Origin: Candidatus Fiminaster equi
GTDB lineage: Bacteria; Bacillota_I; Bacilli_A; RFN20; CAG-826
Reading direction: 5' to 3'
Length of the DNA: 47,808 nucleotides
Assembly: GCA_018064745.1 (NCBI GenBank)
Contig: JAGHUR010000004.1
Coordinates: 1-47,808 of the forward strand
In this document: positions 1 to 7,874 of the stretch, one piece after another
Numbering within the stretch: the stretch's first letter is position 1
Layout of the letters: each line of letters starts with the position of its first letter
Notes under the pieces: model-generated
What the model was told of the DNA's origin: nothing
Seen by the model: the letters and a program-made list of their open reading frames with translations, nothing else
The model's database searches: none
Translations under genes and position numbers: made by a program

Positions 1-1383
1 AAGGATAAAGGCGATGGAAAAGAAGAAGTTCACTATACCAAAGTTAATGAAGTTTTAGCGAACAGCAGAATTTTTGAAGTTAACTATGACAAAGTTAATT
101 ACGAAGCTGGCGATGAATTCTGGTCAAAGAACAATGATAACTGGGCTGGCGGATGCTCTGCTGTAACAAAGAAAATCCAAGGTCACCGTGTTGTCGGACG
201 TAACATGGACCTTAACTATTCAAACAAAGCTGCTTACATTTTACGCACAGGCGCTAACGAGAAGGGTTACAAGACAATAGGTCTTGCTTACACTTTCCGT
301 GACTATGCAATGGATTATTCTGAAGTTAAGGAAAAAGGTCTTACTGATGAATTTAAAGATATTCTTCCATTCCTTTGCGATGATGTTATGAATGACCAAG
401 GACTTCATATTGAAGTCAACATGAGACATGCTGAGGTTGATTTCTCAGGTTATGATCAATTCTCACTTGAGGGAACAAACCCAGGAAAACATAGAATCCA
501 CATGTTCGAACTTCCACGTTATATTGCAGAACACTGCAAAACTGTTGCAGAAGCCAAGAATCTTGTTAATAACGAATTAGACATCTATTCAAAGAATGGA
601 TATTGGGATTATTGCTTTATTATCTCTGACTCTAACACCGATGGCTCAGTTCAACACTCCTCACTTCTTGAGTTCTCTGAAATTGGCGCACTTGGTGAAA
701 TTTATAATGCCCTTCCAGCAGAGTCTAAAAGACCTGGCATTGATAAAGTCAGCGCGGTTAACTGGATTGATGAAGAAGACATCGGTAATATCGATTGGTT
801 AAGAACTGGCCAAACAGGACATGAAACATATTACAAAATGAATGCTTTAGCACAAACAAACTTCTACATTAACTGGTGGGCATTTGAAAGACAAGATGTC
901 AAATCAGGTGAAGGTAGATTTATTACAATGCAAAAGCTCATTGAAGATGTTAATAGCAAATCAGAAATGTATGATTTAATGAGAAGAATTTCTTATTCAT
1001 CATTTTATGATGCTTATGACACAGTAAATGATTATCACTTTGATCCAAGAAGTGAAAACTTAGGAGAAGGTCAAGGTTTAACATATGACTTCCTCTTCAA
1101 TGATGACTTCTTAGATATTGTCAAAGATATCTTTGATGCTGCTATTGCCCCACAAAAGAATTATAACTTTCAACAAAAGGTTGAAAATCATATGTGGGAA
1201 TCAACATTTACTGAGGTTGTTGATGTTACCGAAAGAAACATTGAAGTTAGATTCTTTGAAAATGAAGACTTCAGATTCAAAGTTGACTTTAATGGAACAA
1301 CCAAACTTGAGAAATTAAATGCTCCAGATTGGACACAATCTCAAAAAGTTAGTGAAATTCCATTACCAGCAGTCGTTGATTAA
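1..1383 (+). CDS. Linear amide C-N hydrolase / choloylglycine hydrolase family protein (5' end outside window)
   Basis: Frame 1 is open from base 1 (...NWAGGCSAVTKKIQGHRVVGRNMDLNY...), so the Met at 205 is internal. A Cys followed about 15 aa later by GRNxD is the Ntn-hydrolase pattern of this family. TAA stop at 1381-1383, followed by a terminator. Confidence 0.65.
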   Translation, partial: KDKGDGKEEVHYTKVNEVLANSRIFEVNYDKVNYEAGDEFWSKNNDNWAGGCSAVTKKIQGHRVVGRNMDLNYSNKAAYILRTGANEKGYKTIGLAYTFRDYAMDYSEVKEKGLTDEFKDILPFLCDDVMNDQGLHIEVNMRHAEVDFSGYDQFSLEGTNPGKHRIHMFELPRYIAEHCKTVAEAKNLVNNELDIYSKNGYWDYCFIISDSNTDGSVQHSSLLEFSEIGALGEIYNALPAESKRPGIDKVSAVNWIDEEDIGNIDWLRTGQTGHETYYKMNALAQTNFYINWWAFERQDVKSGEGRFITMQKLIEDVNSKSEMYDLMRRISYSSFYDAYDTVNDYHFDPRSENLGEGQGLTYDFLFNDDFLDIVKDIFDAAIAPQKNYNFQQKVENHMWESTFTEVVDVTERNIEVRFFENEDFRFKVDFNGTTKLEKLNAPDWTQSQKVSEIPLPAVVD

Positions 1384-1404
1384 TTTGTATTAAAATACAA
1401 AAAA

Positions 1405-1431
1405 ATCGGCAGCAATGCCGATTTTCTTTTT
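1405..1431 (+). terminator. Rho-independent terminator of the hydrolase gene
   Basis: Stem atcggca (1405-1411) / tgccgat (1416-1422), followed by ttttctttt. Confidence 0.75.
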
Positions 1432-1495
1432 GGCTAATGTCTTTCGTGGACAGAAATAATACGGATTTCACAACATTAGACTGAAAAAATACATT

Positions 1496-1531
1496 TTAAT
1501 TGCATATTTTTCGCGTATTTTATGCAATTAA
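1496..1531. repeat. 36-bp palindromic element, copy A (TTAATTGCATA-N14-TATGCAATTAA)
   Basis: Perfect 11-bp inverted arms with a 14-nt spacer. It overlaps the Fic stop codon (1528-1530). A near-identical copy lies at 2606-2641. Confidence 0.85.
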
Positions 1532-2568
1532 ATTTTGTAATATTTAGCGTATTTGCCGCTTTGAATCATTTGAATTTTTGATGAATCAGTTAATTCTTTT
1601 AACGATTTTTCAATTGTGGTTCTTGATAAATTAATTAAAACTTCTTCAATTTCAGCTTTTGTTATAGGCAGTTTTGAATCATTAATAACTTTAAGCACCT
1701 TATCGTTTGCAACACCACTCATATTGTTGGCTTCAATAATATATGCGAGTTTTTCATAGCCTTCCTTGAGACATTTGAGCATAAAATGAGTAAAGAATGC
1801 ATAATCATTTTTATCTTCGTGCCATCCTATTGACGATTTTTCTAAAGTCTCATAATATTCATTCACGTTATTTAGAATAACATATGACAAAGAATAATAT
1901 TGATCTAATTCATAACCATACTTAAGCAAAAGGAATGTGGTTAATAATCTTGATACGCGGCCATTGCCATCATAAAAAGGGTGAATACATAAAAAATCAA
2001 TAATAAAGACAAAAATTGTTAATAATTTGTTACAATCTGGATCTTTCATGCATTCGTTGAACTGATAGACAAGGTTTCCCATTAAACCATCAACCTCTTC
2101 TGGTTTTGAAGGGATAAAGACTGTTCTAACTAAATTTCCTTTTGAATCAAACTCTCTAATATAGTTTTGTTCAACCTTGTATTTACCACCAAATTCTGGA
2201 GTAATTGATTGATATAAAAAGTAATGTAAATCTTTAATATAAGATTCAGAAAGAGATTGATATTTATAAACTTGAAATACATTTTCTAAAGCATTGTTGT
2301 ATCCCAATAAAAAATATTCTTCCTTAGTTTCAGGATCCATGTGTTTTAGCAAAATATCATTTTCTCTATATTTTTCAACTTTAATACCCTCAATTTCATT
2401 TGAACTAGTTACACTTCTTCTTTTATTTAAATCATGTAAACGGTTCAATTTAATCTTTGGAGGTAAATTAAAAGTTTTGCCTCTATTAACCTCAACTGCT
2501 TGTATCATCGAAATTATTAGAGGATCATTTAGTTTTAACACTTGTTCTTTAAGATTTATGAATTTCAT
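1528..2568 (-). CDS. Fic family protein (class II, putative AMPylase) with C-terminal wHTH-like region
   Basis: Canonical Fic motif HPFYDGNGRVSRL and an N-terminal inhibitory-helix-type motif SNEIEG ((S/T)xxxE(G/N)). I prefer the ATG at 2568 (MKFINLKEQ...) over the TTG at 2637, because a TTGACA-17-TATCAT promoter sits between the two. Confidence 0.88.
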   Translation of the reverse strand: MKFINLKEQVLKLNDPLIISMIQAVEVNRGKTFNLPPKIKLNRLHDLNKRRSVTSSNEIEGIKVEKYRENDILLKHMDPETKEEYFLLGYNNALENVFQVYKYQSLSESYIKDLHYFLYQSITPEFGGKYKVEQNYIREFDSKGNLVRTVFIPSKPEEVDGLMGNLVYQFNECMKDPDCNKLLTIFVFIIDFLCIHPFYDGNGRVSRLLTTFLLLKYGYELDQYYSLSYVILNNVNEYYETLEKSSIGWHEDKNDYAFFTHFMLKCLKEGYEKLAYIIEANNMSGVANDKVLKVINDSKLPITKAEIEEVLINLSRTTIEKSLKELTDSSKIQMIQSGKYAKYYKI

Positions 2569-2574
2569 GACTAT

Positions 2575-2603
2575 ATGATAATATAGCCAAAAAACTATGT
2601 CAA
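2575..2603 (-). promoter_or_regulatory. Sigma-A-like promoter of the Fic gene (probably leaderless mRNA)
   Basis: On the minus strand: -35 TTGACA (2598-2603), 17-nt spacer, -10 TATCAT (2575-2580). Only 6 nt separate the -10 from the ATG at 2568 and there is no SD. Confidence 0.55.
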
Positions 2604-2605
2604 GT

Positions 2606-2641
2606 TTAATTGCATATTTTTTGCGAATTTTATGCAATTAA
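2606..2641. repeat. 36-bp palindromic element, copy B
   Basis: TTAATTGCATATTTTTTGCGAATTTTATGCAATTAA, with 2 mismatches (both in the spacer) to copy A. It lies 2 nt beyond the Fic -35 box. Confidence 0.85.
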
Positions 2642-2707
2642 AATTTTAAAACAAAATAAAAAGTTCCTTCAACTCTTTATGAATTTTGGGAACATTTTCA
2701 TTAAAAA

Positions 2708-2799
2708 TGGCGGAGATTTAGAGATTCGAACTCTAGCTAGACCGGAGGCCTACTATCGGTTTTCAAGACCGACCCCTTCAACCACTTGGGTAAATCTCC
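2708..2799 (-). tRNA. tRNA-Ser (anticodon UGA), CCA encoded
   Basis: Reverse complement GGAGATTTACCCAAGTGGTTGAAGGGGTCGGTCTTGAAAACCGATAGTAGGCCTCCGGTCTAGCTAGAGTTCGAATCTCTAAATCTCCGCCA. It folds as a canonical cloverleaf with anticodon loop CTTGAAA, a long variable arm and a TTCGAAT T-loop. Confidence 0.93.
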
Positions 2800-2803
2800 G
2801 TTT

Positions 2804-2878
2804 TGGTGGACCCGGCTGATCCTGACACAGCAACCGATCGGTTATGGGCCGAGCGCTCTTCCTTTGAGCTACGGGTCC
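2804..2878 (-). tRNA. tRNA-like gene with CAU anticodon (Met/Ile2-type), non-canonical; possible tRNA pseudogene
   Basis: Reverse complement GGACCCGTAGCTCAAAGGAAGAGCGCTCGGCCCATAACCGATCGGTTGCTGTGTCAGGATCAGCCGGGTCCACCA. The acceptor and D arms are perfect. However, the anticodon loop is CCCATAA (C33 instead of U33), 27:43 is a C/T mismatch, and the T-arm is GCTGT-GTCAGGA-TCAGC (no TTC, 53:61 mismatch). Confidence 0.55.
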
Positions 2879-2964
2879 AGTGGGTTCGGCAAATAGAATA
2901 ACACAAATAATAACTTATAGTTAGAACTTTTTAATTTTTCTATCTGCTGAAACACTAATTTTTA

Positions 2965-5900
2965 TTAGATTTTGAATTTCTTAAGGAAGAAGAAGATACC
3001 AACTGCAATAGCAGAGACAGCAATTACTGCGCCGCCTGCAACAGCAACTGTTTGATATGGTTCAAGAGGTGTCTTTGTTTGAATTACATTAACTGTAATG
3101 TCAACAGATACGCCACCAAAGCTTACTTTAGCAGTTTGTAAACCATGTCCTGAAGTATCAAGTTTAGAAACCTCTACACCTTCTGGATTTTCAATTGTTG
3201 AACCATCTTGATAATGAGCAACAACTTTTCCGTTAAAGACGTAGTCTTTTCCTTGATCAACAGTTGTATCATAACCTGAAACTTCCAAGGAGACAACTTT
3301 GTTTGTAACAACAACCGTGAGTGTTGTAGTCTTTGTTACATCATCTTCAGTATATGAAACTGTTGCTTCGTATGTACCAGGTGTTTTGTTGTCATAACCT
3401 ATGATTTCAAAATCAGTTACTCTGGCACTGTCTTTTCCAACATTATAGAAAGCTGTAACAACTAAATTATCCTTATTGACTGTACCATCGTAATCAATTT
3501 CAACTGATTCTGGTGAAACTGTAATATGATCGAGGACAATTTGAACTGTGTTGACAGTAATTGATAAGTTATTTGTAACACTTTCAATAGAAAGTGCATT
3601 TCCTTGAACTGTAACTGATTCACTACCTTCAATTGTGTATGTAATACTTTCAATATACCAGCCTTCTTGTGCTGTAAAAGTATTGTTGTATGCTGAACCA
3701 TGTGTAAGTTTTGTGACTTCACTTTCTGGCGTAGAATGACCAGCATTAGTAATTACTGAATAGACATTAATTTCAAAGTGAGCATAAAGGGTTTGTGCTG
3801 CAGATAAATTAACAATGGTAGATGATGTGATTTGTGCTCCACCAACTTCTTCAGTAAACCAACCCACAAAGTGATAACCAACTTTAGTTGGTACATTTAC
3901 TGGAAGTACATAAGCTGAACCGTATATTTCATCAATAACTTCTGTTGTCCAAACATCTGCATCATTTCCATCAAATGTAACAGCATACTTATTTGCGGTC
4001 CAATGTGCATAAAGTGTTTGATTTGCGGTAATTAATACTGTATCTGTTGAGACAACCTTACTTCCGCCTTCTGACGCAGTATACCAACCAGCAAATGTGT
4101 AGCCTGTTTTACTTGGTTCTGGTAATTCGCCATATGTTGAATTATATGTAACTGTTTTACTTGAGCAAGATGAACCACCTTGAGAATCAAATGAAACTGT
4201 GTAGGTATTTGCAGTCCAATGTGCGTAAAGTGTTTGATTTGAAGTAATTGAAACAATATCTGTTGAAACTACTTTAGTTCCACCTTCAGCAGCTGTGTAC
4301 CATCCATCAAATGTGTAGCCTGTTTTACTTGACTCTGGTAATTCGCCATAAGTTGAATTATATGTAACTGATTTGCTAGCGCAAACTGAGCCACCTTGAG
4401 AATCAAATGACACTGTGTAAGTATTTGCGGTCCAATGTGCGTAAAGTGTTTGATTTGAAGTAATTGAAACAATATCTGTTGAAACTACTTTAGTTCCACC
4501 TTCAGCAGCTGTGTACCATCCATCAAATGCATGGCCTGTTTTACTTGGTTCTGGCAATTCGCCATACTGTTCGCCAACAATAACATTTTTGTATGTTGGA
4601 CTAACGGTTGCGCCATCTCCTGGAACAAATGTTACACGATAAGCAGCGTCAGTCCAGTGTGCGTAAAGTGTTTGATTTGCGGTAATTAATACTGTGTCTG
4701 TTGAGACAACCTTACTTCCGCCTTCAGCAGCTGTATACCAACCACCAAATGCATTACCTGATTTAGTTGGTTCTGGTAAATTACCATAAGTTGAATTATA
4801 TGTGACTGTTTTGCTTTCACAAGCTGAACCACCTTGAGAATCAAATGAGACTGTATAAGTATTTACGGTCCAATGTGCGTAAAGTGTTTGATTTGCGGTA
4901 ATTAATACTGTGTCTGCTGAGACAACCTTACTTCCGCCTTCTGCCTCTGTATACCAACCAGCAAATGTATAACCTGTCTTACTTGGTTCTGGTAATTCAC
5001 CATATGTTGAATTATAAGTAACTGTTTTACTTGAGCAAGATGAACCACCTTGAGAATCAAATGAAACTGTATAAGTATTTGTAGAATATTGAGCATAAAG
5101 TGTAGAGGCACTTGTTTTATCCCATACATGAGCGCTGGAACCATCAGTATTGTAATATTTGGTGCCACCTGTTTCAGCGTCAAAATAACCATTGAATGTA
5201 TAACCAGCCTTAGTAGGTGCTGTTATTTTTGGCATATTAGCATTATAGGTAGCAGTTACTGATGTAGATCCACCAGTGCCTCCTTTTGCATCTAATGTGA
5301 CTGCGTATGTTAGTCCACTCCAGTGCGCATAAACTGTAACAGGATTTATTTTTGGAACTACTGTTGTTGTTGTAATTTGCGTTCCGCCAGTTGTAGAAGT
5401 AAACCATCCAAGAAATTCATATCCAGTTTTTGATGGGTCAGTTTCTGGTAAAACATAGTTTGACATCCATGTTTCAGAAACTGTTGGATTTTCCCAAGTT
5501 TCATCAGCCCCATTTCCGTTAAATGTAACATCATAAGGTGTGAAATAAAAATCTCCAGTATTTACTTCATATGTTGAACCAAATTTTTGCAATTTTTCGC
5601 CCTTACAAGATACGATTATTGCATCGCCACTTCCATAACCAGGATCTTCTGTACAATTAATTCTGAAAAATTCAAATTCATTTGGACTGCCGCTTGGAGA
5701 ATTAGTGACCCAATAAGAAATGTTTTTATAATCAGAACTATAAGCCGCAGCAGTTGAATAATAGTAACCTAAAATATAATAAGTTTTATTTTTATCTGCA
5801 TCAGATATTCCAGAATCAATCTTAGCCTTTGCTTCAGAAATTGATAGTGGATCACTTGAAGTTGTACCGTGTTCAGCAGAGACTGTATAAGGAATATTTG

Positions 5901-7608
5901 TCACTGTTAAAGTTTTTGTTCCGTCAGTTTTATATGTTGCTGTAACTGAAGCAATTCCAGTACCAGCAGAACTTGGAACAGGTGTATTAACAGTTACATT
6001 ACAGTCTGAAGTAATGTTTTTGGTTGTTGAATTTGACATTAAACCTGTAACAACTAAGTTACTGGTATTCCATGAACTGCCAATAGTAGCTGTTAAAGAA
6101 CCTGTGATGCTTTGAATTGATGTTAATGTAACAGCTGGTCCAACTGTGATTGTTTGATTGCAGCTCTTACCGCCATAAGTAATTTGAACACTTGTTGTTC
6201 CTTGAGTTAAATTTGTTGATGGATTAAAAGTAAATTTACTTTCATTACCTGCATACGGAATATCTTCTGGATCACCACTGTCATATGTTGCGGTAATTAC
6301 TAATCCGACCGGATCGAAATCTTCACCTGCAGCATACTCTGTTTTTGAAGGGGCTGCTTTTACAGCGATTGATTCAACTGTTTTTGCTGTTCTATAATTA
6401 ATTGTAATTTCAGCAATTGTAGTACTGCTAGCAGTTCCTTTAAGTGCTAAGAAAGTATAATTAGTTGATGAACCAAATTTATAAGTAGCTCCGGAAGATG
6501 TAACATTCAAAGTACCAGTCGCGTCACCAGAAGGAGCACCGGTAAATGCTGTAGCACTACCATAAATATTTACAGTTTTACTTGCACCTTTTATAGTTAC
6601 GCTATCAAGTGTTCCACCACTAGTTGTTTGGTAAAGGAAACCATTAGCATTCCATCGTAAAGCATCAGTAGTGTCTTTAGTTCCCATCGAATGAATAGTA
6701 ACACTTGCGCCAGATGACAATGTTTTACTAAAATCAGTAACCCAACCGCTAGTAGCAGTTCCATTTAATTTATCTTTTGTTAAATCAAAATTAATGATAT
6801 CAGCATCGCCAACTGGAGTTGGAGAATCTTGAGTCCATTTTGCATATAAGGTTGTATTAGAAGTAATATTGAAAGTTCCGCCAGCTGCACGATCTGTGCC
6901 ATTGCCATCAGCTTGAGTGTTCCAACCCGCAAATGTGTAACCGGTCTTTACTAAGCTTCCTGTATTACCTTTAACAGTAACTGATGCACCAGATGAATAA
7001 GAAGTGCTATCTGTAGGAACAGAACCACCAGTATTTCCGTTGCCATCATAAGTTACGCTATACGTTGTTGGCTCTGAACCATTACTTATTGTTATAGACA
7101 TACTGCTAAAGCCCATTGTGCCACTTATGCTGAAAATAATTTTATTATTGCTACCAGTCCAGCTCATTGAAGCTGCGTCAGTGGCAATAGATAAAGTTCC
7201 AACATCAGCAGCAATATTATTTATTGTTTTTCCGCTTTTTGAAGCACTAAGACTTGTTATGTTATAGTTTGTTGGGGCAGTTACTGTTAATGTATAGCCA
7301 CTATACATTCTAAAATCAGTATTATTTACATAACCATTTGTAGAAGAACCGTTTTTAGCAACAAGTGAAATACCATTAGTTGTATTGCCACTTAAAGTAA
7401 GTTGATTAGCTTTAACGCCACTAATAGACCCACTATATGATGTGCCAAATAATGTATTCCAATTAGCAATCTGGTCGGTGATTGTTGCGGCATCTACCCT
7501 ACTAATATTATGCTTTCCTAATGATCCAAAGGCTACCGCACCTGCTTCTAAAACAAGTGCGCCACAAATGGCTAGAGTTGAAATAATTCTTTTTGTAATA
7601 CCTTTCAT
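2965..7608 (-). CDS. Large surface protein with InlB B-repeat (Listeria-Bacteroides repeat, Flg_new) and Ig-like domains, C-terminal TM anchor
   Basis: 1547-aa ORF. It has an N-terminal signal peptide (ISTLAICGALVLEAGAVA) and at least 10 copies of the YTVTFDxxGG...GYTFxGWYT...LYAxW module. Big_3-like segments (KTEYAAGEDFDPVGLVITATYDSG) are present. The C-terminus is hydrophobic (VAVAGGAVIAVSAIAVGIFFFL) followed by KKFKI. Confidence 0.88.
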   Translation of the reverse strand: MKGITKRIISTLAICGALVLEAGAVAFGSLGKHNISRVDAATITDQIANWNTLFGTSYSGSISGVKANQLTLSGNTTNGISLVAKNGSSTNGYVNNTDFRMYSGYTLTVTAPTNYNITSLSASKSGKTINNIAADVGTLSIATDAASMSWTGSNNKIIFSISGTMGFSSMSITISNGSEPTTYSVTYDGNGNTGGSVPTDSTSYSSGASVTVKGNTGSLVKTGYTFAGWNTQADGNGTDRAAGGTFNITSNTTLYAKWTQDSPTPVGDADIINFDLTKDKLNGTATSGWVTDFSKTLSSGASVTIHSMGTKDTTDALRWNANGFLYQTTSGGTLDSVTIKGASKTVNIYGSATAFTGAPSGDATGTLNVTSSGATYKFGSSTNYTFLALKGTASSTTIAEITINYRTAKTVESIAVKAAPSKTEYAAGEDFDPVGLVITATYDSGDPEDIPYAGNESKFTFNPSTNLTQGTTSVQITYGGKSCNQTITVGPAVTLTSIQSITGSLTATIGSSWNTSNLVVTGLMSNSTTKNITSDCNVTVNTPVPSSAGTGIASVTATYKTDGTKTLTVTNIPYTVSAEHGTTSSDPLSISEAKAKIDSGISDADKNKTYYILGYYYSTAAAYSSDYKNISYWVTNSPSGSPNEFEFFRINCTEDPGYGSGDAIIVSCKGEKLQKFGSTYEVNTGDFYFTPYDVTFNGNGADETWENPTVSETWMSNYVLPETDPSKTGYEFLGWFTSTTGGTQITTTTVVPKINPVTVYAHWSGLTYAVTLDAKGGTGGSTSVTATYNANMPKITAPTKAGYTFNGYFDAETGGTKYYNTDGSSAHVWDKTSASTLYAQYSTNTYTVSFDSQGGSSCSSKTVTYNSTYGELPEPSKTGYTFAGWYTEAEGGSKVVSADTVLITANQTLYAHWTVNTYTVSFDSQGGSACESKTVTYNSTYGNLPEPTKSGNAFGGWYTAAEGGSKVVSTDTVLITANQTLYAHWTDAAYRVTFVPGDGATVSPTYKNVIVGEQYGELPEPSKTGHAFDGWYTAAEGGTKVVSTDIVSITSNQTLYAHWTANTYTVSFDSQGGSVCASKSVTYNSTYGELPESSKTGYTFDGWYTAAEGGTKVVSTDIVSITSNQTLYAHWTANTYTVSFDSQGGSSCSSKTVTYNSTYGELPEPSKTGYTFAGWYTASEGGSKVVSTDTVLITANQTLYAHWTANKYAVTFDGNDADVWTTEVIDEIYGSAYVLPVNVPTKVGYHFVGWFTEEVGGAQITSSTIVNLSAAQTLYAHFEINVYSVITNAGHSTPESEVTKLTHGSAYNNTFTAQEGWYIESITYTIEGSESVTVQGNALSIESVTNNLSITVNTVQIVLDHITVSPESVEIDYDGTVNKDNLVVTAFYNVGKDSARVTDFEIIGYDNKTPGTYEATVSYTEDDVTKTTTLTVVVTNKVVSLEVSGYDTTVDQGKDYVFNGKVVAHYQDGSTIENPEGVEVSKLDTSGHGLQTAKVSFGGVSVDITVNVIQTKTPLEPYQTVAVAGGAVIAVSAIAVGIFFFLKKFKI
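3990..5090 (-). repeat. Five tandem in-frame 216-222 bp coding repeats (72-74 aa Flg_new modules)
   Basis: The string ccaatgtgcgtaaagtgtttgattt recurs at 4000, 4216, 4432, 4654 and 4870. The protein units (NTYTVSFDSQGGS.C.SKTVTYNSTYGELPEPSKTGYTF.GWYT..EGG.KVVS.D.V.IT.NQTLYAHWT) are nearly identical. Confidence 0.9.
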
Positions 7609-7660
7609 AACTCTGACTCCTTCACGTTTAATACGTTCACATTATACATACGCGTTTATG

Positions 7661-7712
7661 AAAAAAGCGCATAATCCCCCGCTTCATACTAAAGTATGAC
7701 TGGGATTAGCGC
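7661..7712 (-). terminator. Strong hairpin plus U6 in the region upstream of the 1547-aa gene
   Basis: Minus-strand RNA is GCGCUAAUCCC...GGGAUUAUGCGC followed by UUUUUU. The arms are at 7702-7712 and 7667-7678, and the A6 tract at 7661-7666 on the plus strand. Confidence 0.6.
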
Positions 7713-7820
7713 ACCATTTTTGCGTACAAACATACACCTACATTATACATACATATGCAAGAAAATTGAATAAGTAATTTGTTTTTACAAAACTTTACCC
7801 TTATATGAAACAAAGCAAAG

Positions 7821-7854
7821 AAAAAACCAGATATGAAGGTTTAGTTCAATCTGG
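7821..7854 (-). terminator. Terminator of the tandem lipoprotein genes
   Basis: Stem CCAGAT / ATCTGG followed by a U-tract (plus-strand aaaaaa at 7821-7826), 20 nt after the stop at 7875. Confidence 0.7.
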
Positions 7855-7874
7855 TTTTTAGTAGTTTTGTAAGA

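Noticed and set aside
1496-2641. The palindromes as Xer/dif-like (IMEX or pdif-module) recombination sites.
   Set aside because: The arms are 11 bp but the central region is 14 nt rather than 6-8 nt, and the sequence does not resemble known dif cores. No recombinase is nearby.
2610-2819. Plus-strand 69-aa ORF.
   Set aside because: It starts inside palindrome copy B and runs antisense through tRNA-Ser into the tRNA(CAU)-like gene, so it is an artefact.
3990-5090. Possible CRISPR array, suggested by regularly spaced repeats here and at 38575-41191.
   Set aside because: The periods are 216 bp and about 570 bp, the repeats are in frame within long ORFs, there is no short-repeat/unique-spacer structure, and the window has no cas genes.
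3462-5192. Minus-strand ORFs of 67-96 aa nested in the 1547-aa gene (3462-3746, 4032-4256, 4269-4472, 4902-5192).
   Set aside because: They are alternative-frame shadows that recur because the underlying coding DNA is tandemly repeated. They have no SD and low-complexity Q/L/H-rich translations.
7667-7690. An IS605 end relic, suggested by the string atcccccgctt shared with the IS left-end hairpin (26788-26798).
   Set aside because: Only about 10 nt match, and the surrounding hairpin architecture and flanks differ, so the match is probably chance in a G/C-clamped terminator stem.
7661-7736. A fourth GEMM-I-like leader, suggested by the string UACGCAAAAAUGG upstream of the 1547-aa gene.
   Set aside because: It lacks the GCAAAnC-hairpin 5' half and the AGCC..UGC 3' element. 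The resemblance is limited to ACGCAAA.
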